Of a stretch of DNA of 64,000 nucleotides, positions 26,025-37,895 are shown in pieces. Position 1 is the first letter of the stretch; each line of letters begins with the position of its first letter. Origin of the DNA: Lytechinus variegatus (Eukaryota); assembly GCF_018143015.1 (NCBI RefSeq), contig NC_054742.1, positions 58,284,853 to 58,348,852 on the forward strand, read 5' to 3'. The position numbers and the translations under genes are program-made. Below the pieces are notes generated by a model, which searched no databases, was not told where the DNA came from, and saw only the letters and a program-made list of their open reading frames with translations.

Positions 26025-26227
26025 CTCTAAAAATGAAATGTTAACTCAAATATAAGGTTGGAGAAGTGACAACCTTTTCCAAATGTTATATCCAACCTTT
26101 CATAAAGGTGAATCCAACATTCTAATTGAAGGGTCGAACCATTTCAAGTGGTAAATGCAACATTTAAAAAAGGTTTTCATTCCTCCAACCTTTTAAAATG
26201 TTGATTTAACATTTCATATTTTAGAGT
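26025..26227. mobile_element. Small hairpin-rich MITE (~200 bp). Its inverted termini are CTCTAAAAATGAAATGTTAA / TTAACATTTCATATTTTAGAG. It sits about 60 bp upstream of a PARP4 exon.
   Basis: A 20-bp terminal inverted repeat plus internal GTTGGAG/CCAACC palindromes. Confidence 0.6.
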
Positions 26228-26285
26228 GTGATATATCCCAGTGGAATGTCAAAGTGACATAAATGATAATATTTGTTCACCATAG

Positions 26286-26471
26286 CACATGCATTCAGTA
26301 CACAAAGAACGGATTCTTCTCCAAGACGAGGATGATACTTGTCCTCAAAGTCGCTCTGGGTGCCACTGAAGACTATTACGAATTTAACACCAAACTACAG
26401 CAAGCACCAGATGGTTTTAATAGCACTCATGGTGTTCGAGCTTCAGACGGCAGGCCCTCAGAGTTTACGGT
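26286..26471 (+). CDS. PARP4: PARP4 catalytic exon (S TCIQYTKNGFFSKTRMILVLKVALGATEDYYEFNTKLQQAPDGFNSTHGVRASDGRPSEFT)
   Basis: The acceptor ccatag|C rebuilds codon AGC with the preceding exon. It matches PARP4 'STSIKYSHPGETDGTRLLLICDVALGKC...APPGYDSVHGV'. The 3' donor (ACG|gttggt) is weak and uncertain. Confidence 0.6.
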
Positions 26472-26832
26472 TGGTGTCTTTGCAATGTTTCCGATAGGCT
26501 AGTGTTAGCGTTCGAAATTGAAATTATATCTGTTAGCTTTATCATTTAATATATTACATTACTCTCTTTAAATTCGAGAAAACAATTCACCAATTGAAGG
26601 GAACGAATGAAATTTATACAAGATTAAGAGGGGCTTTCACTTAATATTAATTTAATTTTACCCTTTTCACAAGTGAAAGTTGTATGAATTGTTCGTTCTT
26701 GTAATTATTTTCATTCTAAACCCACTCTATATTGACTCCTTAGAAGTGAAGAGCGAGTGAAATAATATATTATTCTTATTAGAGAGATGATGTCTCTTCA
26801 TATTGTCCATTATGTGTATTTTGTATACAAAG

Positions 26833-26995
26833 GAGGACGAGTTTGTTGTTTATTCTACCAAACAACAATGCATTCGTTACCTGGTCGAGTTCAGCTTCGA
26901 TGGCGACGACGATCTGGTCGATGGATACGACTACGATGAGGATGACGTCAAAGACGACGAGATGGAAGAAGAAAAAGAAACCCTTGATAAAATCG
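26833..26995 (+). CDS. PARP4: PARP4 catalytic-domain C-terminal exon (EDEFVVYSTKQQCIRYLVEFSFDGDDD...acidic linker)
   Basis: Acceptor is caaag|GAGGAC (phase 0) and donor is ATCG|gtttgt (phase 1). It matches PARP4 'EDDEFVVYKTNQVKMKYIIKFSMPGDQ'. Confidence 0.65.
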
Positions 26996-27438
26996 GTTTG
27001 TATCAACAGTAATAGCACAAGTATGAAATTGTTTTCTTTCTATCCTTTCTACAGCGATGCCTGTCTGGAGAAAATTCAAACTCTTTAACTTATGGATAAC
27101 GGAAGATGGCACCTCTCTATAGCTTTCAATTATTTTTTATTTCTACAGGTTGTGTTGTACTAACCTGAATATACTTTGTTTAATGTATAATGACTGTTTA
27201 AAATTTAAATCACATCATTAGCCAGTCTCTCTAACAACAAGTTGTCAAAACTTATACACAATAACTTTTTTGAAATGTTTAGAACTTTTTTAAACAACTT
27301 GTTTAAATCTGTAAACAAAAGTTTTGAGTGACGGGCTTAAACAACCTGCTTGAAAAGAAACCACGTTTTTTATAGTGTAGAGCTGAATACGATCAAATAT
27401 CATCAAGGTGTTTTATTTCTCTTTCTTTTGATTGTTAG

Positions 27439-27572
27439 ATTTGGCCGACGTACAGTGCTGTCAAGATCCAGTCAGTAGAACAGCCACTGGTCTTGTTGTG
27501 GATAACAGTAGAGAGGGCGTCCTACTTGAACAGGTTCATGTCAGAGGCCACATCACTGATCTTGCAGCAAAG
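27439..27572 (+). CDS. PARP4: Exon at the start of the VIT domain (DLADVQCCQDPVSRTATGLVVDNSREGVLLEQVHVRGHITDLAAK)
   Basis: Acceptor is ttag|AT (phase 1) and donor is AAG|gtacaa. It matches PARP4 'AGLQDASGNLVPLEDVHIKGRIIDTVAQ'. Confidence 0.75.
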
Positions 27573-28144
27573 GTACAATCTAAATCATATTTCTTTTTCA
27601 TAGAGACTTCATGGAAGAATAGCACAAACCATCTGTCAAGATAGAAAGTCGGACATTGAAATGGGGTCGGGAAGGAGGGACAACCAGTGGTTGTTTTTTG
27701 AAGGTGAAGGAAGAAGGCAGGGGGTGTATCTGAAGTTTAATGTCCATCATAGCATTGCAATTGGTGGGTGTGAGGGGTTTCTAAAGGTAAATGTCATCAT
27801 TACTGAGGGTGTCATAGGGATTGTGGAAGAAGGTTCATCAACTGGCCTGTGTGATTTTTTTATGGGTGAAAGGGCGGGAAGGGGGGAGAGAGAAATTGAC
27901 AAGAGGTGCTAGAAACTATTTAAGACCTATGTTCTTGCCTTTATTAAAACACCATGACACCACCCCTGTACTCTTACATTAATTTCATCATAAAATTCGA
28001 TCTTTAACATGTAATATCCAGCAGAAGAAGGAGGTATGCTACATTTATGACTTTGTAATAAACCTTGAGACAAAAATAATCATGTGAAAACTAAATTTCG
28101 ACCAATCCATGACCAGCAAAATGTTTCATATTTACTCCTTGCAG

Positions 28145-28369
28145 ATCACAGTCCTGCAAGTTTACCAGAACACTGTTGGAGGGACAGACGTTCCGGAAGC
28201 TCGCTATGTGTTTCCTCTGGATGAAAAGGCAGCAGTGTGTGGCTTTGAAGCGTTCATCAATGACAGGCATGTAGTGGGTACGGTGAAGACCAAAGAGAAG
28301 GCAAAGGAGGAATACCAGGAAGCCGTCCGTGAGGGCCATGGGGCCTATCTGATGCAAGAAGAAGCTTCG
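28145..28369 (+). CDS. PARP4: VIT-domain exon (ITVLQVYQNTVGGTDVPEARYVFPLDEKAAVCGFEAFINDRHVVGTVKTKEKAKEEYQEAVREGHGAYLMQEEAS)
   Basis: Acceptor is ttgcag|ATC and donor is TCG|gtatga. The exon is 75 codons. It is a near-exact match to the PARP4/VWA5A VIT signature 'PLDDKAAVCGFEAFINGKHIVGEIKEKEEAQQEYLEAVTQGHGAYLM'. Confidence 0.9.
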
Positions 28370-29422
28370 GTATGATGAGCTAACTTAATTAAGCCATGTT
28401 AAATCGTAAACCAACAGGTGTCACTCTTTGCAAGACATTTGCAATTTTCGAAAACCGTCTTGGTGTCATGACACGCTCCAGCGCCGTTGGAGGATTTTTC
28501 TCAATTATTGTTTGCATCTTGTCACTCTGCGGATCCAGGGGGAGCACATCCAGTTTTGAGAGCCATAATAACAATTGTAATGTTGCATGTCAAATTTTCA
28601 TCGGAAAATGTGTTTCCCCCCCCCCCCCCCTGGAAAATCCTGGATCTGCCTCTGCATCTTATGATATTTTCTTGAACATCAAACAAGGGGTGCGGAATTA
28701 CGGTGACATATTATTTTTTTTATCACATATTGGCTAAAAATGGCAACTTAAGGGAATGTAAAAACGGGTTAAATTCGGGGAAAATCAAGAATTGCTAGAA
28801 AACAGCATTTAAAAATGAAAGAAGATTTGGTAACAAAACATCTTGCTTGATCGAGGAATGTGATATTTAAAAATCTAAATACGGGGATTCAAACACCCTT
28901 TGCATTGGTCTTAACGTCTACAAATTCCGCGTTGATCGAACATTTCGACACTGCAAAAGCTTGACCCGATAAGACTCAATGGGGTGAATTAACATCCTGT
29001 TTCGAAGAATGAAAGTTAACTTCCTTTGCCTTTTCAGATATTTATCCCTGATTTACCAATGATTTCTATTTTGAATCGTGAAATTTTGTTGATAAGTTTG
29101 GAGAGTGTAAATGATATTGCCTATCAGGCAAACTTACTGGGAATGTGATTTCTATTTTCCAAAATGAATGCTACCCATCGTTTCATGCGATAGGTGTACA
29201 TGCTATATTATCTTGATATATTATCTTCTGTATCAGGTGTATATTCCTTATATTTGGTTTATTTGAATATTTATGTCATTTGCATTTTCTGATGTTATAT
29301 CTTATTTATTGTAATTATTGCTTATAAATTTTCTTGGAAAAATTGAATAAACGAATGAATGCTACTAATAAAAAACAAAAGGTTATTCTTAATCCTGTAA
29401 TTGCATATTTTTACTGTTAAAG

Positions 29423-29637
29423 AACGTTTTCTCAGTCAGCATCGGTAACCTCCCTCCGTATGCAAAAGTGGTGATCAAGATTACCTACGTCACCGAACTG
29501 GTAGAAGAGGATGGGGGCAAGATGGCGTTCTATCTTCTCGGTAGTGTTGCTCCTTGGTTGCAGGAGGAAATTCGTGGCACAAAGCTTACGGAGGAAGCTC
29601 AAGCTCTGGTGGGAGTTCCATCAAATGAGACCGATAG
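29423..29637 (+). CDS. PARP4: VIT-domain exon (NVFSVSIGNLPPYAKVVIKITYVTELVEEDGGKMAFYLLGSVAPWLQEEIRG...NETD)
   Basis: Acceptor is taaag|AAC (phase 0) and donor is TAG|gtagct (phase 2). It matches PARP4 'DVFTVSVGNLPPKAKVLIKITYITEL...PATVAPWQQD'. Confidence 0.85.
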
Positions 29638-30116
29638 GTAGCTATTAATCTCTGCATATTCCATTATGGTCATGAAAATATAATTTTTAAAAGCATAATC
29701 TTTTATCAAACTGGAACTGATATTTCTCGACCAATTAAGAAAAAAATCTGTTTGAAAAGGAACAAGCTATATGTCATAATTGCTTGTATTACATATCGGA
29801 GCAAGTCATTTCATTTAGAGGTGTTCTATTCCTTTATTTCTCAATTTCCGAATTATCATTTTTCTTGAGGTAATTGAATATGAATTGGGTTTTTTTTTAT
29901 TATGCAGATACTATCTGTTAAATTGAAATTGTGTCCTCGCTTTTAGCCAAACATCTGTGGGCAGATACCGTCTGTTAAATTGAGTATATATCCTTTCCTG
30001 AAACTAATGCAAACATATCACAAGTAATTGATATCTAAAACGATTTGATAATGAATAAATACAAATTTATTATGTCCCTCCTTATGAAAGTACTTTCTTT
30101 TATTTTTATTTTGAAG

Positions 30117-30198
30117 GAAAGAGTCTCTTCAGCTTACAGTCGAGATGCCGTCGGATATTTCAACAGTTCAATCTCCGACGCATGCGATTAAACTAAAG
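30117..30198 (+). CDS. PARP4: PARP4 exon (RKESLQLTVEMPSDISTVQSPTHAIKLK)
   Basis: Acceptor is ttgaag|G and donor is AAG|gtgaga. It matches PARP4 'SFSLTMSIEMPYVIEFIFSDTHELK'. Confidence 0.8.
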
Positions 30199-30612
30199 GT
30201 GAGATAACGTACTGTGCATTTTACGGCCAGCCTCGACCCAAGATAAATTATGTGGCATTGGCCTTTCCTTGTCTGGCATCTAGTCAATGTTTTTGGCCTA
30301 AACCTCGGATGTCTTGATTATTATGCCTTTGAACCTTGTCATTGTCATCGGACGTCTTGTTCTCGGCCTTGGCCTTGACCTCGGAAGTTTTAAGTCTTTT
30401 ACATTTTACCGTTGGTCTTAGCCTCGGTCAATTAGTCCTTTGGCCTGATCAGTGGACAAGTAGGAATATCCTTAAGTTTCCATCTTTTATAATATAGGCT
30501 TAATATTTGAATGTTTTTGTTTTGTTGAGTCTATCCTTTTGGAAGGGGTTCATGAAATAAAAAGAAAAAGGTATGTATTATGATTGTTTTATTACTATAC
30601 TCATTTCAATAG

Positions 30613-30747
30613 AGGGAGAAAATGAAGGCTACCGTCACTTTGGGAGATGGCGTGGGTCTTGGAGATGGTTTCCAACTGCTTATCGGCATCCTCAATGCTA
30701 ACAAACCAAGAATCTGGACTGAGTTTGATCCATCAAATAATTCATAT
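30613..30747 (+). CDS. PARP4: PARP4 exon (REKMKATVTLGDGVGLGDGFQLLIGILNANKPRIWTEFDPSNNSY)
   Basis: Acceptor is caatag|AGG and donor is TAT|gtaagt. Phase 0 at both ends. Confidence 0.75.
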
Positions 30748-31179
30748 GTAAGTTCTCTTGAAATTTTGTTTTTAATTTCATATACAAGCTCCATTCTTCT
30801 ACACTTTAAACAATATTTTCTGGTTTTATTCTAATCGTTCAGAACTGCAATGTACTTGTTATGAAAATGGCCTTAAAGTGGTACGACTGGAAATCTTCAC
30901 AATGTTTTAGAGCTATCTATAGAACTACATTGATCGAAAACAAAAACATGATCCTACAGAGAAAAAAGGTGGTGTGTTTATATAGATTATTTGGCGTATA
31001 ATCTCATGAATTTTATGAGGTAGAGAAGTCTATCTTACTACATGAATGAGAAGAAAGCAGGCCTAAGGGAAATAGGAAATGACGGTGTTGAAAACAAGTT
31101 TGCAAATGCCTACAATAATCTCCCTTAATCTAAATATCATCAACTTAAATGCGCACTGCGACTTTCTTTTTAACCGCAG

Positions 31180-31366
31180 GCTAGTATGGCGGTCTTCTAT
31201 CCGACGATTCAGTCCGATTCGATTCCTGACCCGGAAGTTGTTCTCTTGATGGACTGTTCAACATCGATGAAAGGGGAACCCAAACAGGACGCAAAGAAGA
31301 TTTGCAAAATGCTTCTTCAGTCATTACCAAAGAAGAGCCGTTTCAATGTCATCACCTTTGGCACAG
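31180..31366 (+). CDS. PARP4: First vWA-domain exon (ASMAVFYPTIQSDSIPDPEVVLLMDCSTSMKGEPKQDAKKICKMLLQSLPKKSRFNVITFGTG)
   Basis: Acceptor is ccgcag|GCT and donor is ACAG|gtccgt (phase 1). It carries the vWA metal-site motif DxSxS and matches PARP4 'VIICLDCSSSMEG...VNIIQFGTG'. Confidence 0.85.
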
Positions 31367-31615
31367 GTCCGTAACTATTTTCTTTTCATTGGTCCCCCCC
31401 CGTATCATTACATTCTCGTTGCATAAACTCAAATTTGATAATAACTACCATGGTAACAATACTCAATGGATCAATGATTCAATAGATGTCACCAATGAAT
31501 GGCAAAATTACCAAAATGGGTCCCGCAGCGTAAAGCTGACATAATGGTCAATCTGCATTTATAATAACCATAGAGTACCTATTTATTAAATACTGGAAGT
31601 GTTTTTTTTTCATAG

Positions 31616-31877
31616 ATTTCATTGAGCTGTTTCCAACTGTCGAACCAACTGGCCAGCAGCAGCTCCATCAAGCCTTTGAGTTCATCGAATCTGCAAAATC
31701 CATTGGAGGCAGCTCTGAAGGGTGGCGCCCTCTACGTTCCCTCTCCCTTCTTCCAATGATGAAGTCCGTTCGAAACGTATTACTTGTATCTGACGGTCAC
31801 CTCACCAACGAGAAGCTGATTTTGGAAATTGCCTCCAATTACAAGAACGTTAACAGGATATTCACTTGTGGTGTAGG
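31616..31877 (+). CDS. PARP4: vWA-domain exon (DFIELFPTVEPTGQQQLHQAFEFIESAKSIGGSSEGWRPLRSLSLLPMMKSVRNVLLVSDGHLTNEKLILEIASNYKNVNRIFTCGVG)
   Basis: Acceptor is catag|AT and donor is TAGG|gtaata (phase 2). It matches PARP4 'YLSLLYPARGSRNILLVSDGHLQDE...RLFACGIG'. Confidence 0.85.
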
Positions 31878-31983
31878 GTAATAATATTTAATTATTGGTA
31901 TCTACGGAAGATGTGAAATTCTTGAGAAAAAAATACTTGGAAGTTTATTGACCTAAAATTGAGCAATTCTTCTTTTATTTCAG

Positions 31984-32083
31984 TTCTGCTGGGAACCGTC
32001 ACATTCTTCGTGCTCTGGCAGATGTCAGCGGTGGTGCATTCGAATCCTTCAATCCTAAGGCGAAATCCAAGTGGGAAGGAAAG
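31984..32083 (+). CDS. PARP4: vWA-domain exon (GSAGNRHILRALADVSGGAFESFNPKAKSKWEGK)
   Basis: Acceptor is atttcag|T and donor is AAG|gtaata. It matches PARP4 'STANRHVLRILSQCGAGVFEYFNAKSKHSW'. Confidence 0.85.
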
Positions 32084-33290
32084 GTAATATAAATTTTACT
32101 CCGTTATGTAAACCGGTGTACATAATAAATGGCACAAGTCGTTTTACACCGTGTTAGATTTACAGGGCAAGTTCAACACCCATGTGCGTGATGATAAAAC
32201 CTTTGGTTGTTACATTAAAACTCTTTGGTGTTGTGTTCAAATTCTATGGTGTAAGTTTTATCTTCTCGTGTTTTTTTTGGGACACCAACTGGTGTCGCTT
32301 TTAACACTCAATACATTCTAGAGTTTTTACAGTGTACAGAGAATCCAAATATTTCATTCCGGCGGATTCTGGCTGACACTAGAGGATGTACAAGGACCTC
32401 AGGGAATTTACAAAGTAGAGACACTGCGTATGCCAGTTTTTCCATCCATCAGTTTTCGGGTGCAGCATGTTAGCATTAGAACCTATTGGATAAGTCAGCA
32501 TTAGCTTGATTCTCTGCATGTATAAATGCGAAGAAGAATTCATGCCCATATTGGATGCTTCGGGACTTTACTACATGAAAACTCTCTATATTTAAAATAT
32601 TCTTTCAAATAATTATAAACATGTCTATTAATTTTAAATTACATTTTTCATCTTGGATATTAATTTAAATTCGAATCTTTGATTGATTGATTTTATTCGT
32701 CAAGAATATCACAGGTGATATGAGATACAATGAATTTGAAGAATATCTTGACAGGATAGCACATAAAAGCCGAAAGGCTTGTTTCGAATGGGGTCATATT
32801 GTTAGTATAAAACATTAATATATTAACTATCAACGTCAAGGAATCGACAATAGATCATTGATCTTGGAAAATTGAAAAACTCTTCTTTTTTAAAGTCAAA
32901 ATTACTTTATAAATTATATTCCTAATTTTTGAACTATCAGTACTTTATTTGTTTATTGGAGGGTATGATGCTGACGAATTTCTCTATCTACCTTGATTAT
33001 CCCAGCTTTGATATTTGAAGTTATATCATATACATGTACATTGTTTACAAAAAGCTGTTTTAGTTTCTTCGGTACAAAGAAGAAGAGGACTTTTATAATT
33101 TCGTATTTTCCAGTGAATTTCTACGAATGTGCAATTTAGTGCGCACAACAAACAAAGAAGTACTGTAATGGAATGTTCAGGGGTACTATCATTCTACATC
33201 AAATCTTCTCTTACCCATAACACTTCCTTTCCTAATGTAAATTTTATTTTCAAATTCAATCTTTTATCACAAATATGGCCTCTTTAAAAG

Positions 33291-33476
33291 ATTTCTGCCC
33301 AAATTGACCGTTGTCGTCAGCCGTCTGTCAGTTGCGTAAACGCAAAATGGCGGACAGAAGAGAACGCGGACGGCAGCATGAAACTCAAGGATTTGATTCA
33401 GGTGCCAGCTCAGACGTCTTCAGTCTTTACAGGATCGAAGGTTCTTCTCTACTCACTTGGACCAAAAGTGCAAGAG
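33291..33476 (+). CDS. PARP4: PARP4 exon (ISAQIDRCRQPSVSCVNAKWRTEENADGSMKLKDLIQVPAQTSSVFTGSKVLLYSLGPKVQE)
   Basis: Acceptor is aaaag|ATT and donor is GAG|gtaaat. The exon is 62 codons. It matches PARP4 'SPSCHSVSVKWQQLNPDVPEALQAPAQVPSLFLNDRLLVYGF'. Confidence 0.8.
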
Positions 33477-33949
33477 GTAAATCTTTATCATGTTGGCGGT
33501 TGAGGATGGTCTGAGGGAATACGTTTAAGAATAAACACCAGTTGTTATGATTTCAAAATGAGGTAGTATAGAATCCAATAAAATAACCACCCAAGCATGC
33601 CGACTGTCTGTTTGTATGAAATTAAAAGTATGTAACAAAGGATTCTGGAAGAAACTAGGTAATTGCTGTGAAATTACAAGCAAAATAAACATGGCAGCAA
33701 CAAAGATATCATTTTTTTTTCTTTAAACGATAATACACTGCACAATTGTGCTTATGTGTGTTCGTGAACCTCCGTGTGGTCATTGGTCAGCTTAAATTTT
33801 ACTAATTCATATCTAGATTTACCATAATATAATGTAATGTAGTACAAACTAACCTTAGTTTTATAGACTTTCGCTGTAATAAATTTTTACAGCAACTACA
33901 TTCCTTTCTCTTTAAGGGTAGGGATGCGTCAGAGTGAGAGTTAAAAGTT

Positions 33950-34620
33950 TGTTAACTGGTAAGTGAGGGCGAGTAAGGGTAGGCCTACGAGAGTGTGGGT
34001 GTGTTGGTTTCGGGGTCATTGATGTGTAATGCTATGATTAAGGGGAAAAAAGATGTGGGAGTGGGCATTAGGATATGAGTGATACCGTTACTATGATGAT
34101 AATGTGTGGAATGTAAGGGGGTGAGTGAGCGCTTATAAATAGACTATAAGGTGTGGGTGTGGAAATGTGGGTGAATGAGTGCTATAAGGATAAGTTGTTT
34201 GTAAGTGTGGAAGAGAGAGTGCTAGTATGAGGAAAATGTGTGGGTGTGCAAGCGTGGGTGAGTGAGCGCTAGTTTGAGGATAAGGAGTTGGTGTGTAAGT
34301 TGTGCTGGGTGTGTAAATGTGGGTAAATGAGCGTTAGTTTGAGGATAAGGAGTGGGTGGATGAGCGCTAGTATGAGGATGAGGTGTTGGCGAGTGAGCGT
34401 TAGTTTGAGGATAAGGTGTGGGTGAGCACTAGTATGAGGAGCAGGTGTGGGTGCAAATGCGGGTGAGTGAGCATTAGCTTGAGGATAAGGTGTGGGATTG
34501 TAAGTTTGGGTGAAGTTAAGTAATGGTCTGAGGATGAGCATGATAGTGTGTGTATGTGCGGTCGGGTGTTTAGGTGCAGATGATGTGTGAGAGTGACAGC
34601 ATTTAATTCTCCTTACACTC
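33950..34620. repeat. GT-rich minisatellite (35-45-bp units such as GTGGGTGAGTGAGCGCTAGTTTGAGGATAAGG)
   Basis: About 15 imperfect tandem units. Confidence 0.75.
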
Positions 34621-34823
34621 TCCCAACAGTTGTGCAAACATTTAGAGCTGCATGTAAAAACATATATCTGCTTTGCTTTATTATTACCGCTGTCATATTA
34701 TATCTCTTTTAAATTGCCATGAAATTAACAGGCTTCATTAAAGATACATTAAAGATCTTCTTCCATGAAAAGTAATGCAATTATTGCTTCAAATAACATC
34801 AGTGTTAATTGTTTGAATTCAAG

Positions 34824-34904
34824 GTTCAACTGAATGTGGAAATAGCTGGTAAATCTGTTGAAGAATCACTCAAATCACCAATCGAGTTTGAAGGATCATC
34901 TTTG
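34824..34904 (+). CDS. PARP4: PARP4 exon (VQLNVEIAGKSVEESLKSPIEFEGSSL)
   Basis: Acceptor is ttcaag|GTT and donor is TTG|gtaggt. Phase 0 at both ends. Confidence 0.65.
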
Positions 34905-35346
34905 GTAGGTAGATGTATGCCTATATGATTGATTTGTCATATTTATGCCGAATGAAGCAAAAGTCAGAACTTTTGAATGATGATTGCTCATTTTATCACA
35001 AACATTGTACTAAAGCTAAACAATATTGAATTGAATTGATTGAACTGAATTTATTTTTTTTCTTCATTTCAAACAAATTGACAAAGTGAGTAGGAACGCA
35101 TAATGTCACATAAGACCCCTTACGCTTAACTTTGCGACATCATGCGCTGATATCACATTACACTTTGCTGCGATAATGTATGTACAATATGACTATCGAA
35201 ATTTGTTTAAATGTCTCGAAATTAAAAAAAAAGAATGTTTTTTTAAAACGAGTGCACACCTAATTACTAATAATGCATATAGCATTTCCGTTTATTTGAA
35301 AGCAGGATAAAAGAGCATCGTAGATTAAATGACTTGCTCACGGGCT

Positions 35347-35432
35347 CAGGTGCCGCGGCCGGGGATCGAACCCCAGCCTTTCCATGTATAGCCAGGCGCC
35401 TTAGACCACTCGGCCACGGCACCTCCCAAATG
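35347..35432 (-). ncRNA. tRNA-like sequence: a tRNA pseudogene or SINE head with a 7-bp acceptor stem and a type-II D-loop
   Basis: The reverse complement reads GTGCCGTGGCCGAGTGGTCTAAGGCGCC...GGTTCGATCCCCGGCCGCGGCAC. No canonical anticodon arm can be folded. Confidence 0.4.
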
Positions 35433-35518
35433 TTACCAGGAGCGATCGATTCACCTGCCAGTACATTATCAAATGCAAATATAGGCCTACATAACTACTT
35501 CCTTCTCGTCTTAATCAG

Positions 35519-35701
35519 ACTCTACATCGTCTAGCAGGAAGAGCACTAGTTCGTGATTATGAGTTTGGGTCGTTTCACCAAGACCACGCCCTTCATGAGA
35601 CCCGGATGTATGACCTCACGAAATATCTTACTGACCTCAGTATCCGGTTATCAATCATCACACCGCTCACAAGCTTCATAGCAATCGAAAAACGGGATAG
35701 A
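35519..35701 (+). CDS. PARP4: PARP4 exon (TLHRLAGRALVRDYEFGSFHQDHALHETRMYDLTKYLTDLSIRLSIITPLTSFIAIEKRDR)
   Basis: Acceptor is aatcag|ACT and donor is AGA|gtaagt. The exon is 61 codons. It matches PARP4 'MIHKLAARALIRDYEDG...LITQFTSFVAVEKRDE'. Confidence 0.85.
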
Positions 35702-35839
35702 GTAAGTGAGCTTCGACAAATTATCAATGCTTATAGATTATTCGAATCAAAACTTAAGACGTACATGTATCTATTACTTATTTAATAACAAGCATGCAGA
35801 AAAATATTATCTTGTTCGAATAAATTCACTCTTCTTATT

Positions 35840-36200
<361 letters not shown>

Positions 36201-36339
36201 ACGATTATATAGTAATGATTATTATCATTTATTATCATTATTATTATTATTCGTAAAAATGATATAATCATTAAAAAAAATGTGAATTGACATTAGTAAG
36301 CCATCAAATACAGAACAATATAACTAGAAGACACGGAAC

Positions 36340-36472
36340 TAATCCACATTTTCGGACTTGGTGACACGGTCATTAAAGTGCCCGCCTCATAAACGGGAGT
36401 TTGCGGGTTCGATCCAAGGCTGAGACATACCAAAGACATAAAATTGGGTAATAATAATAATAATAATAATCC
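36340..36472 (+). mobile_element. Truncated tRNA-related SINE fragment ending in (AAT)7
   Basis: A B-box GCGGGTTCGATCC followed by ATAATAATAATAATAATAAT. Confidence 0.35.
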
Positions 36473-36812
36473 GCTTTTATATAGCGCTTAATCCATCGGA
36501 ACGACGTTTCTAAGCGCTTTACAGATATATTATTACCCCGGTCATCGGATTCAATCAGTCATTCCCGCACACAATGTGTGCACATCCTCCACTCCCTGGG
36601 GAGTATTCCAGTCAGTCGCCTGTGAGGCGCACACAATACTGGACAAGCTACAATGACTTTCACATCCTACCGGGTACCCATTTAGCACCTGGGTCGAGAG
36701 TGGCAAAGTGTGGATTAACGCCTTGCCAAAGGACGCCAGACCGCGGTGGGATTCGAACACACGACCCTCTGTTTACAAGGCGAGAGTCAGAACCACTACA
36801 CCACGGCTCCTC
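36450..36812 (-). mobile_element. tRNA-derived SINE (~360 bp), minus strand
   Basis: The reverse complement starts GGAGCCGTGGTGTAGTGGTTCTGACTCTCGCCTTGTAAACAGAGGGTCGTGTGTTCGAATCCCACCG. It is a tRNA-like head with A and B boxes, and the body ends in (ATT)n. Confidence 0.6.
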
Positions 36813-37042
36813 CACGGTACCCTGCATGGCTGTTCTATTTTCTTGCGTTCGGTGTATTAGAATGTAGAATTGTAATAATAACCTATATTACGTTCGGAAA
36901 TGTGTACTGGGCATAGAGATATATACCAGTTTATTGGTATATGTCTCTATGTTACTGGGAGAACAGTTCATAAAATATAAAGCGGCTATCTCGGATAAAT
37001 AAGAAATATTATTATCATTCGGTTTGTAACGTTGTTTCACAG

Positions 37043-37150
37043 AAAACCAAAATAAAAACTGCATCACCAGATGTTGATAAATTACTGTCTATGATCACCC
37101 GTGACGATCTGGAATCATTGCATTGGACTGAAGTTATCTTGGAACAAGAG
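37043..37150 (+). CDS. PARP4: PARP4 exon (KTKIKTASPDVDKLLSMITRDDLESLHWTEVILEQE)
   Basis: Acceptor is tttcacag|AAA and donor is GAG|gtattt. The exon is 36 codons. It resembles PARP4 'ENESPFPDIPKVSELIAKEDVDFLPYMSWQGEPQE'. Confidence 0.75.
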
Positions 37151-37745
37151 GTATTTTCTTTATCTTGCAAAATATATTTATGTAAATTAAGAGAAGTTAA
37201 ATCTATATTATTTTAATTCACACTCTAATGCATGCCAATGGACATAAAGTTCTATGTTTTTTTTTGTTTTCCCGAAAATGTTGAATCGATATAATCAACA
37301 GTGTTGAGCTACCATCATGTCGGTTACATATTGTTTGACTTATTGGAATCTGCATGATTATGATTGAACCACTTTTTTTTGGGGGGGGGGGTGAAAATTG
37401 AGATTTTCAAAAATTCAATTAGTCATGATGTATGACTCCCATTGACATTTTCGTATTTCTCACCATTCAATGGAAATGATTTTCCATGAATTAAAAAAAT
37501 GTATGTGTTTCAGATTGTATGCCCCACCAATAAACTTGTAACTTTGAACATATTCACACAATTCTTTACTTACTATCATTTTGACATCTTTTTGGTCCGT
37601 TTGTTTTGGCCAAACCTTTCTGCAAATCTTCTGGGGTTGTTATGAACTGTTAAAACAAATTATAATCCAAGCACATTTCCATTTAACACTTTTTTTAATG
37701 TACTTATCCTCGTTCATTTTCTTTGTTGTTTCATCGACTCAATAG

Positions 37746-37895
37746 GGACCGGCAGAGAGCATTGTTACAAAAATTCTGAGACAGGCCAAGATTGCTCAAT
37801 CCAACTTCTCTTATGCATCAGCCGAGAAGTACTACAACAGCGCCTTGAACATGGCTAAAGAAAACATGACAAGCATGCAGGGTCTCTTCAAAACA
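37746..37895 (+). CDS. PARP4: Exon in the PARP4 disordered region (GPAESIVTKILRQAKIAQSNFSYASAEKYYNSALNMAKENMTSMQGLFKT)
   Basis: Acceptor is caatag|GGA and donor is ACA|gtaagt. The frame is open for 50 codons and both phases are 0. Confidence 0.6.

Noticed and set aside
26803-27012. A stand-alone acidic 69-aa ORF (MSIMCILYTKEDEFVVY...DDD)
   Set aside because: Its conserved part (DEFVVYSTKQQCIRYLVEF) is a PARP4 catalytic-domain exon, 26833-26995, with splice sites. The ATG and the tail are intronic read-through.
34269-34637. 122-aa His/Pro/Thr-rich ORF on the minus strand
   Set aside because: It lies wholly inside the GT-rich minisatellite and is a repeat artefact.
35347-35432. A functional tRNA gene
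   Set aside because: The acceptor stem, D-loop and T-loop are convincing. No canonical anticodon stem-loop can be folded. It is more likely a tRNA pseudogene or SINE head.
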